From Bilabrum cf. latius (Eukaryota), in the NCBI GenBank assembly GCA_965178125.1, contig OZ237763.1, positions 248,001 through 312,000 of the forward strand: DNA of 64,000 bases, read 5' to 3'. Position 1 is the first letter of the stretch. Every line of letters starts with the position of its first letter. The position numbers and the translations under genes are program-made. The notes below the pieces were generated by a model, which was not told the origin of the DNA, did no database searches, and was given only the letters and a program-made list of their open reading frames with translations. Below, piece by piece: positions 36,601-46,965 of this stretch.

Positions 36601-39006
36601 CAGCGGGTCAGTGGTTTGCCGAATGGGAGTATGGTGCTCAGTTTGAGCAAGGTGGCATAGCAATCGTCGGGGCTAGAGCACATTTATAGAGCCTGTACTG
36701 CAGTGCTATTGAAGAGTGTCGATGTGATCGACACCAACGATACAAGAGGTGGCAAAGCGGACTTTGCTTTGAATCTTAGAGCCGTGGCTGGGTGCCTCGA
36801 GTCTTAGGGCCAGTACCGGGAGGCCATGGAGCTCTATGAACAATGTAGGCAGATCTAGGAGATCGCTTTGGGCAAGCAACATCCCGATTACATTACAACA
36901 CTGGGCAACATGGCTGCATGCCTACAATTGAAGGGCTAGTACTACAAGGCCCTGGAGTTGTTTGAGCTTTGCAGGTAGATCAAAGAGATTGCGCTGGGCA
37001 AGCTACACCCCTCATATGCCGGCACGCTGGGCAGCATGGCTGCCTGTCTCCAACAGCAGGGTAAGTACGTTGAGGCCATGGAGCTGTTTCAGCAATGTAG
37101 GCACATTCGGGAAATCGCTTTCGGTCGGCAGCATCCAGTCTATGCCACCACTCTTAACAACATGGCCGGTTGTCTGTAGTAGCAAGGCCAGTACCGGGAG
37201 GCGCTAGAGTTGCACGAGCAGTGCAGGTAGATCCAGGAGACAGCGCTGGGCAAGTAGCATCCAGTCTATGCCGCCACTCTGAACAACATGGCCGGTTGTC
37301 TGCAGAAGCAAGGCCAGTACCGGGAGGCGCTAGAGTTGCACGAGCAGTGCAGGTACATCGAGGAGACAGCGCTGGGCAAGCAGCATCCCTCTTTCGCCAC
37401 CACTCTGAACAACATGGCCAGTTGTTTAGAGAAGCAGGGAAAGTATGGGGAGGCCATCAAGCTGTATGAGGGGTGCAGGTAGATCCAGGAGACAGCGCTG
37501 GGCAAGTAGCATCCAGACTGTGCCACCACGCTGAACAACATGGCCGGTTGCCTGCAGTAGCAAGGCCAGTACCGGGAGGCGCTAGAGTTGCACGAGCAGT
37601 GCAGGTAGATCCAGGAGACAGCGCTGGGCAAGTAGCATCCAGACTATGCCACCACTCTGAACAACATGGCCGGGTGTTTCGAGTCTCAAGGCCAGTACGA
37701 GATTGCCACGAAGCTGTATGAGCAATGCAAGCAGATCCGGGAGACAGCGCTGGGCAAGCAGCATCCCGACTGCGCCTACACGCTGCACAATATGGCTTCA
37801 TGTCTCCAGAAGCAGGGCCGGTACAGCGAGGCATTGAAACTTTTTGAGCAATGCAAGCAGATCCAGGAGACAGCGCTGGGCAAGCAGCATCCCGACTATG
37901 CCACCGCTCTGGGAAACACGGCCATGTGTCTCCATGCTCAGAGCAAGTACGCGGAGGCCTTGCAGCTATTCGAGCAATGCAGGCAGATCCGGGAGACAGC
38001 GCTGGGCAAGCAGCATCCCGACTATGCCACCACGCTGAACAACATGGCCGGGTGTTTCGAGTCTCAAGGCCAGTACGAGATTGCCACGAAGCTGTATGAG
38101 CAATGCAGGCAGATCCAGGAGACAGCGCTGGGCAAGCAGCATCCCGACTATGCCACCACGCTGAACAACATGGCCGGGTGTTTCGAGTCTCAAGGCCAGT
38201 ACGAGATTGCCACGAAGCTGTATGAGCAATGCAAGCAGATCCAGGAGACAGCGCTGGGCAAGCAGCATCCCGACTATGCCACCGCTCTGGGAAACATGGC
38301 CATGTGTCTCCATGCTCAGAGCAAGTACGCGGAGGCCTTGCAGCTATTCGAGCAATGCAGGCAGATCCGGGAGACAGCGCTGGGCAAGCAGCATCCCGAC
38401 TATGCCACCACTCTGGGAAACATGGCCATGTGTCTCCATGCTCAGAGCAAGTACGCGGAGGCCTTGCAGCTATTCGAGCAATGCAGGCAGATCCGGGAGA
38501 CAGCGCTGGGCAAGCAGCACCCCGAGTACATTGGCACGCTGCACAACATAGCTGGCTGTCTCCAGAAGCAGGGCCGGTACAGCGAGGCATTGAAACTTTT
38601 TGAGCAATGCAAGCAGATCCAGGAAAACACTCTGGGCAAGCAGCATCCCGACTATGCCAGCATTCTAGGAAACTTGGCTATATGTCGGGAAAAGCTGGGC
38701 CAGTATGGGTAGGCTCTGAAGCTGTACGATCAATGCAGGCTGACATTGGAGACCACGTAGGGAAAGCATCATCCATTGTATATCAGAGCGCTACAGAGAA
38801 TGCGCATTACATGCCAGAAGCATGCCGTTCCAGATTTGCGGTCCATTGAAGTGCTGATCCACCTAGAGGAGGCCCTAGCCCTGCAGAAGGGCAGGCAGAG
38901 CCAGGAGTACAGGGACGCGGTGCAGGAGCTAGTAGGGCTACTGGTGCATGCAGGCAAGATGCAGGAGGCCCAGAGGTACATGGACAAGCTGGGTGGGCCC
39001 ATGTAA
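33637..39006 (+). CDS. CLU-domain protein with C-terminal kinesin-light-chain-type TPR array (about 1789 aa, intronless, 20 in-frame TAGs)
   Basis: CLU-like motifs GGMAGGIK..LFLKFAFD..GIYG..AAKAAKRE, MGSSDG and LPFDVEVH..RMVLDTHRL, followed by 42-aa repeats. One frame without TAA/TGA from ATG 33637 to TAA 39004-39006. Confidence 0.8.
36784..38799 (+). repeat. 16 tandem 126-bp coding repeats (42-aa TPR: MAxC..QG.Y.EA..L.EQCRQIQETALGKQHPDYATTLNN)
   Basis: Unit starts recur every 126 nt (36784, 36910, 37036 ... 38674). Units 8-15 are near-identical at DNA level. Confidence 0.95.
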
Positions 39007-39712
39007 CGGGGTAATGGATCGTTCCTTTGGGCGGCATGACGCCAGGCGTGCAGGCCCAAAGGGTAAGGATGCTCCGACAGAAGAAGCAGAAGTCCGCGAG
39101 AGAAAGTGGGCCGTTTTGCGAAGAAAGAGGCAGCAGCCCAGGACCTGGCAGGACGCGTGGTACGAGCGAAGGCTGATGGTGGGCGTCCTGCACGGGGAGA
39201 TGCTTTCTGCCATTGGGTTCTGCTTCTACATCTGGTGCCTCTAAGGCATCTTGTTTTCCCCCTCTCAAGACGAGGTCTTGGGGGGTGGCATCGCTGATCA
39301 TCGTGCTGCAGGACTGCAGGAGCCCGTGGGCTAGCCGGCGAAAGTGATGCTGCTCTTCTTCTGGCAGCTGGGCAGCGACTCTGCAAGGGCCATCGTGGTG
39401 GCTTCTGTGGTGGCAAGCCAAGCCATCGGGGCCAGGGTGCCAAGAACGGTCGCGATGCGCCTGGCAGCGGCCACCACCGTGGTAAAAGGAACGCAATTGC
39501 GCGGGGAGGACGGCACCGTGGTGCAGCGAAGATCTCTCGCAGCCGAAGATGTGCCCAGGCATGGATCCCGCCGCAGAGTGCAAGTAGCGAACGTGATAGC
39601 CCACAAGACTATTCTGGGGTGATGGGCTCGCGTGAGGCTGTCACGCCCATGGCAGCACTCAAACAGTAATTCTCGATCTTAACCATGCACCTACTCAATT
39701 CACTATGTATCG

Positions 39713-41053
39713 TCATTTAGTCCCTCTCTAGCGAGCCAGAAATGTCTCTGAGAAGTACTGCACCCACCATCGCGCACTCCCATCCGAGGCGTCCGGTGCC
39801 CTGCGGAACAGCTGACCCGTGGGAGCATCCGCGCGCCAGTCCTCGATGCGCCCTCCAGTGTGACGAGTGCAAGCACCATGCCAGTCCCACGGCTGCCAGG
39901 ACCCACAGTCTGACGCGAAGGGCTCCTCAAGCCGCACTACATCATCGTTGCAAGCGCCAGGCACTCCAGGCACTGCGTAGGGTGGCACATCAGCATGCCC
40001 GAGATCATCAAGACCATCGACAGGCGGAACCGACCCGTCCTCTCCCACACCCATTGCCACATCCAGCCATGCCAGCATCTCGGCTCGCCTCTGCTTCTGG
40101 CCAGCCGCCACCACGCTGATGCTCTTGACCCTGCTCCTGATCTGCTCCCGCGAGCATGCCACCAGCTGCACGCTGTGCAAGAGCTGCTGGGGGTGCCAGC
40201 CGTGCGCGCCCGGCGTGCCTGTCAAGCTGCTCCCCACCGGGTTATTCCCCTCTCCACCCTCTCCCACAACCACCGGCCCGGTCCCAGAGCGGAACCGGCG
40301 CCGTGCATCATCGATCCCTTGGTGCAGGTCCATCGATGCGGCACCTCTCATGTCCAGGATCCGCTGCGGCTCCAACCCGAAGGCCTTGGCCCACTCCCCG
40401 GTGATGGCCCTGGGCACTTGATCTCCCCCCTGATTCTCAGCTGCGTCTCTGTAGAACCCAGACATGCACGCTTCCACCCATCGGAGGGCGGGCTGGCTCA
40501 CGTCCAGGTGGTTCCAAAACAGGGCGAGCATGCCTCTGGGGGCAGCGCACCTGGCAAATTCCTGTAGGGTTTCATTCGTAGCGAACCAATGGAATGCCTG
40601 TCCTGCTGTGATCATGTTCGCTCGCCTGTCGCTGTTGGTGCTGCCCTGGTCTGCGAAACCGAGCAAGTAATCAGACCTTGCATCTTCCGGCAGGAGATGC
40701 AGCCGACCTGCCAGGGCAGGATCTGCCTGTAGAGTATCTCTCAGCCCGGAGGGCTCCACGCAAAACAATTCAAAGTCGCAACGGCTGTCAGCGGCAATGG
40801 ATCGAGTGAGCTTGCCTGTCCCGGCCCCAACGTCCAAGATAATAGTGGGCGAGCCAGCAGATACTGAAGCAACAGCAGCTTGAACATGCTAGTGAACATA
40901 GCTTGGCCTTCCTGCTTCATACATGTTCCCGTCTTGAAAGCCTGTGGCAGCAACATGGTGCAGGCCATGTGGTCGAGCTCTGCTGGGATCACGAATACGA
41001 TAACTTTGCATGAAGCGGGCATGACCACACAGCCGACGGGTATTCGCGATCAT
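39713..41053 (-). CDS. Class I SAM-dependent methyltransferase with Arg-rich N-terminal extension; in-frame TAG at 40889 and 39728
   Basis: LHHVAATGF..YEAGRPSY, IILDVGAGTGKLTR, ITAGQAFHWF and GMLALFWN. ATG 41053 is preceded by in-frame TAA. Stop TGA 39713-39715. Confidence 0.85.
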
Positions 41054-41527
41054 TTAATTGCTTTGAACGGCGGTGGAAGGTTTGAACTGTGCATGCTAGT
41101 CTGCCTAAAGGATTCAATTCGGAGTTGGTGTGATTAGAAAGTGAGAAAGTATCGAAATCGTTCCTATCAGGCTGTCGCGCTACCAAGTACGTTGAATTTG
41201 AGCCTAAATATGTGTTCTACGTACAGCACTAGACAGCTTTGGTTGGATATTGAAATATGAGCTGGATCGGAAACTCCCATCATCTGCAGCTGTGGCGCAG
41301 TACTACTTCGTGGGATGGACAGATCTTCCCAAACAGCAGGGTAGATCAAACCGTGATATATTTAACTGCTGTACATGCGTTGTTATACCATTAAGCCACC
41401 ACATCGTGCTTTATAGTTTTTTCTGTCTGTGTGGCGGAACTTCGTGTTTGCGCGGCGACACTCGGCGCACCGTGACTGCGGCCGAGAGGCGCCCACCCAC
41501 CCTCACTCGAACCAGATCGATTAGAAT

Positions 41528-43474
41528 ATGGCAGCCGTATCAGGAAGCGAAGCCAAGGAATGCCCTTATCGCCATGGTAGGACTGATGGGCCGACAAAGT
41601 GCACTTGGGTCCCCAACACCACGGAGAAGTCTCCCCACAAGCATTCCAGGCCCGCTCGCCCGAAAATCCTAGACTCCATGGTCCAGTCAATCGGTGACAC
41701 CCCGCTGGTTCGATGCAGCCGCTTGGCTAAAGAGGAAAAGCTTGAGTGCGAGATCCTAGCAAAATGCGAGTTCTTCAACGCGGGAGGGAGCGTAAAGGAC
41801 CGCATCGGTCGGCGAATGATCGAAGATGCTGAAGCTTCCGGTCGAATCAAGCCCGGCGACACGCTGATCGAACCAACTTCTGGTAACACTGGGATTGGAC
41901 TTGCATTGGCAGCAGCAGTCAAGGGCTACCGAATGATTGTAACGATGCCAGAGAAGATGTCGCAGGAGAAGGTGAGTCCGAATAGTGAACAACGAGCTTG
42001 AAACCGCCGATGTGTTGCCTGCGTCTCTTTTTCTAGAAACTCGTGTGTGTTTGCATCAGTACTATTTGCTTTGGATTGCCTCGGCAGCTTGGGCTGCCGG
42101 AAATTGCGATCTTGGTGCAGGTCGTCAAGGTCCCCCTGTTCCATCGCACATCGCATGCATTCTCTTGTCTTCCCGCACTCCCAGGTGGATGTGCTCCGCG
42201 CCCTCGGAGCTGAGATCGTGCGCACACCAACGGAGGCCGCGTTCGACGCGCCTGAGAGCCACATCTCCGTGGCAAAGCGCCTGAACAAGGAAATCCCCAA
42301 CTCTCACATCCTGGACCAGTACGCCAACCCCTCCAACCCCCTCGCGCACTACGACGCAACCGCGGAGGAGATCCTGGAGGCTTGTGATGGCAAGTTGGAT
42401 ATGCTGGTGGCCGGCGCCGGCACCGGGGGAACAATCACGGGCATCGCCAGGAAGCTCAAGGAGAAGTGCCCCGAGTGCGTGATCGTGGGGGTGGATCCCG
42501 TGGGAAGCATCCTCGCGGAGCCCGAGCCCATGAACGACGAGGACAGGCTGGCCCCTTACCAGGTGGAGGGCATCGGCTACGACTTCATCCCGACCGTGCT
42601 GGACCGCTCCATCGTGGACAAGTGGGTCAAGAGCAACGACAAGGAGTCCTTCCTCATGGCCAGGAGGCTCATCCGGACCGAGGGCATGCTGTGCGGAGGG
42701 TCCAGCGGCGCTTCCATGTCCTGCGCCGTGGAGGCCGCGAGGTCCCTGGGCAAGGGCAAGAGGGTCGTGGTGATCATGCCCGACTCAATCCGCAACTACA
42801 TGACCAAGCACCTCTCCGACGAGTGGCTGTGGGAGCATGGGATTGAGGACAAGGCCAGGGGCTTTGGCATGTCTGACTTGAGCAAGCTCTCCGACGACGA
42901 GGTGGCCTGGTGGGCCCGCAAGACCGTCAACGACCTGAAGCTCAAGACCCCGCTGACTGTGAGGACCGATGTGACGTGCGAGGACGCCGTGCAGATCATG
43001 AAGGAGAACGGGTTTGACCAGCTGCCCGTGCTGGATGCGGAGGGTGGGGTCGTGGGCGTGGTCACCGAGGGGAACCTCGAGGCTGCGATGATCCAGGGGC
43101 GCTGCAAGGCATCCGACGAGGTCTCCAAGGCGATGTTCAAGAGGTTCCGCCAGGTGCAGTTGGACACTCCCCTCGTGGACCTGGCCCGGATTTTCGACAG
43201 GGACCATTTCGCCCTTGTGGTCACCTCCCAGAGGTGCTTTTCCTCTGACAAGAAAGCCACCGTGGAGCGTAGCATCGTGTTCGGGGTGGCGACCCGCATC
43301 GACATGCTCTCCTTCCTGACGGAGAACTCCCCCGTCCCGCCCGAGTCGCCTTCGCTGGGCGCGCGCGGGATCACAGGCCCCGCGGGGTCCATGGTGTCTG
43401 CGGCATTCTCGCTGCCCAAGGCCGGGGTTGGGGGCGCAGCCGCAGGTGGTGCTGGTTCCAGCAAGGTGGAGTGA
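41528..43474 (+). CDS. CBS: Cystathionine beta-synthase (heme N-terminus, PLP core, CBS pair); intron 41972-42184
   Basis: KCTW..SPHKH heme segment, [40 protein letters not shown] and C-terminal CBS domains (GFDQLPV). Stop TGA. No TAG. Confidence 0.97.
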
Positions 43475-43798
43475 AGATCCAGGAGTTAGCTGGCCCGAAA
43501 GGTCCATGGTTCTGGTTCAGTCGGTCGTATCGATTGGAGCGTTCCGGCTGGTTGGCTCTCGGGGACAGGTGTGGCGGCTTGGCTTGATGTCTTGTGCGAG
43601 ATGCGAGCAGGCCGCAGCATGCCCTGCGGTCTGACACAAAATGGAGAGTGGCATGTTTGAAGTACATTCGCAGTATTTTATCGAAGAGTCCAAGTCTGTG
43701 TTCCGTTGATTCGATCCGTATTCTTCCGAAAGTAGTGTGCACTATTGTTCGGCACTGGCTCCCGTATCCAGGGCGTATTTCATCACCCCCCGGGCTTC

Positions 43799-45267
43799 AT
43801 GGAACCCTACGGACCTTCTGATGATGGCAGTTATTAGCAATGGCTGCGTATTCACCGGATGTACAGCACGGGATCCGCGTCGTTGCAAGCAGAGGCGAAG
43901 TCCTTCGTGGCTGGGAGCTGGTTCTGCATGTGGTCCTTCTTATACGGATTGATTTTCCTGATGCCATTCATTTTTGCCTATCATAACATATCTGTCGGTC
44001 TTACGTGTGAAGGCATTGGGCAGGAGTTTTATTGGTGAGCGAGTTCGCTTGTCACTACGACACATGCTGCTGCGTCTTGACATGAATCACGATCCACACT
44101 TGCAAAGCCTAATCATATCGCAGGTGGGCCTTTTTTACAAGTTGTGCTGGCGTTGTCCAGTTCGGACTTCAGACGCTCCAAGCACTCATGACGTGGTTCG
44201 GGTGTGGTTTCGTGGTTGAAGAGACATCAAAATCAAGCAGTGGGAAGACGCAGCGCGTCACCCACGACCTTGATGGGTGTACATCGAGCAGAGGCGCCTC
44301 TAAATCGAATGGCCAGCAAGATATAGAGTCGGGAAGTGCAAGTCGCAGCGGCTCGTGCGAAGGCTGCTACGGGACATCCAGCCAGCACGTCAACAATTCG
44401 CACGAATCGACCAGGAAACGAGCTACTGGCACGAAAGAAGAGAGCGAAAGCACAGGGGAAGGCGAAGAAAGGGAAAATGGTACCGCCTCCTTGGGTGCCG
44501 CCGGTAGCGACGCCACCGAGCACTTGCCCAACGGGAATGCTCGCCCGGCGGCCTGGACGGGACGCAAGGCTACGCCGCCGGGACCCCCACCAAAGCCAGA
44601 TGGCCGCCCGCGAACAGCGACAGCTTCTGCCTCTGCACCCACGCTATCCGCCGCCACCGGAAGCCGGGGTACAAGGGCATCAAGCAACACAAGCGAGTCC
44701 GGGAGCTTGCTGCAGACCTTGCAGGACTCCAAGAGGAAGGACGAGGGCTCGCCAGACTCGAAGTCTGATTCCGGTTCAGTGTACCAGCAGGCGGCTGCGC
44801 TCTACCGCACCACCAAGATGGTACCCTCCTGCATCCTTAACGCGCTGCAGTGGGCCAGCTTCATCGTCAGGGTGGTGCTGGATGCCGCGCTGCTTGCCGG
44901 CATCCAGTTCTTCCTGGTTCGGCGGGAGGCGACCTATGGGTGTGCGGACCGCACGCTTGTGGTGACGATGGACATAATATTCTGGGTGAATGCCGTGTTT
45001 GTGGTGCTTATGACCATGGCTTTGATCCTGGGCGCGGGGCTGGGGTGCGCGGCCGTGTTCTTGCAGCTGGAGCTCAAGCACGCCGACGAGGAAGCGCAGA
45101 AACAGAAGATTCAGAAGTAGAAACAGAAAGAGGAGGATAAGAGCAATGCGAAGGACAAGGAGAGTATGGCTCCGAATGGTAGCAGCGATGGAAGTGGTAG
45201 CAGTGGGGCAGTGCAGCGAGAGGGGCGTGGCGGCCAGGCAGGAGGAAGCAGAACTGCGACGGCATGA
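43799..45267 (+). CDS. Hypothetical 4-TM membrane protein with long disordered loop; intron 44035-44123; in-frame TAG at 43835 and 45118
   Basis: An in-phase GTGAG..CAG intron joins hydrophobic segments. The TAG at 45118 lies in QKQKIQK[TAG]KQKEE. Stop TGA. Start codon uncertain. Confidence 0.65.
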
Positions 45268-45436
45268 CGACGCTCGGATGGATGGATGATGCAATTTGCA
45301 CATTGCTGATGATGGTACTATTGATACAAAATAAACGTCTCAGGTGCGGTTCAAGATATGCTTGTCCGGATACAGGCACGCACGATCACTCAAATCATCC
45401 GTCACGGGAGTTCGGCTGCATTGCACCATCAACTCA

Positions 45437-46863
45437 TCACAGCTCAGACCCACCGGTTGGCTCCGAGTTCCACTCGTCATCATCACCATTACCCTCGTCC
45501 TCATCCCCACCGATCGACACGTCCACTGCACCGGTCGCGGCGGCTTCACCCTCCTCGTCCTGCCCTGGCGGCAGCTCCTTGGGTGCTGGGGCCGGTGCTG
45601 CTGGCGTGGTGCCGTCACCGGTGGTGGGCTCCGTCAGGGGGGCTGAGTAGTCTCCGGCTCCGCTGCCCATATCGGGGGACTAGCCCTGCTCCGCAGCCGA
45701 TGCCGATGCGGCGCCGCCGTCTGCGGAACCGACGAACTCTGCAGCCGCGCCGGAGTGCACGTGTGGCTGCCCGGTTGGGGGCATGCCAGGTGCCTTTCCA
45801 CCCGCTGCCTGGGCGTCGGGCACTGGCTCGTTCAAGGGGTTGCCCTCAACGAAGAACTGCAGCGCCACAGCGATGCCCGCGTGCAGCATCCAGTTGATGA
45901 TGACGAGTGCGAACCCTCCGCCGTAGTTGTGGGACGACGGGTGCCTGTTGTCGGTGGCTACCCTGAGGCCGAGCCACATCTTCTGCCTGTTGACAACTCC
46001 GGCATAAATCGAGAACGTCAGCATGAAAAGGAACGACACGAGTCCATTGTATCCCACCAAGAACGTCTTGTCGGTCAGGCCGAGCACGCATCTGCAGCAG
46101 CAACCGAATCCCTGCACCGCCCAGTTCGCGATACCAAGGTGGAAAGAGACCGTGAAGTAAATGAGCACGATTTCCAAAATCAGCAAGAGCAGCATGAAGA
46201 AACCAGCTGCGGCGCCTGCATCGAAGAAGGGCTTCAACGATGTGGGTGCTGCCGCCAGCGAAAACATACGGCACTCGTGGGCAGGCCGGGAGTCGCTCCT
46301 CTGCTGGTCGTAGCATGTGTGCACTTCAAACAAACTAATGTGCCCTGCAGCATGGTGGGAACATCAGCGAAAGTAGCAAGTTGAGACGAGTGCAAACTAA
46401 TGCCACGTCTCACAGCAACTGCGAGCCTCTTCAGCTTGCTCACCATGGATATCATCCTCCGTATTATCCTGCAAAATATGTTTAATTTCTGAAGAGGTCA
46501 GTGCGGACTGCTCATTGCAAATCAGGCAACGGCGAAGATTCCTGGCAAGGCTCGCGCGGGTATACCGGATGTGCTCACCGTCTCAGCCGTGTGGGAGGTT
46601 TCGTACCACGAAGTGATCAAACTGACCAGGGTGAAAAAGACACCAAACGCTGTCGCTGCCAGAATACCAGAGTGCGACGGGCGCTCCTTGAAGCTCTGCA
46701 CTGTGTTTTCGTAACCTCGAACCGCCGTATCTACAACCGTGTTCGATACCTGTGTAAAATGGTCTGGTGCGCCTCCCATGTCCTCGTAGGCTGAGCCTTG
46801 CACTTCTTTGTGTCCATCCGCCGTACTAGGTCTCTGCGCGTCCTCAAGATCGGTGGTTGCCAT
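45437..46863 (-). CDS. Tetraspan membrane protein with claudin/PMP22-like topology; exons 46863-46579, 46468-46444, 46344-45437; in-frame TAG at 45680
   Basis: TM1 followed by SWY..GHISLFEVHTCYD..C, further TM helices and YGGGFALVIINW before the last TM. Two in-phase introns. Stop TGA TGA. Confidence 0.7.
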
Positions 46864-46965
46864 CGCTGGAATAGTGAGATCCCGGCAACGTCAACATTAT
46901 TCTTATTGGCACGCTACATAGAAATTGTGGGTTGCGTCGCAATAAATAAAGACGGCTACAGAAGC

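Noticed and set aside
36784-37665. A-to-I editing of UAG to UGG (Trp), or pyrrolysine/Leu/Tyr/Glu decoding
   Set aside because: TAG columns match CAG/CAA in sister repeats, not TGG, and no pyl genes are seen. U-to-C editing cannot be excluded from DNA alone but is less parsimonious.
36784-38799. CRISPR-like array
   Set aside because: The repeats are contiguous 126-bp in-frame coding units without unique spacers, in a eukaryotic context with no cas genes.
39013-39622. Protein-like plus-strand frame with an internal TAA (39242), suggesting TAA read-through or another gene
   Set aside because: No recognisable family and it is an isolated case between two convergent 3' ends. It is more likely UTR or a gene fragment and is not evidence that TAA is sense.
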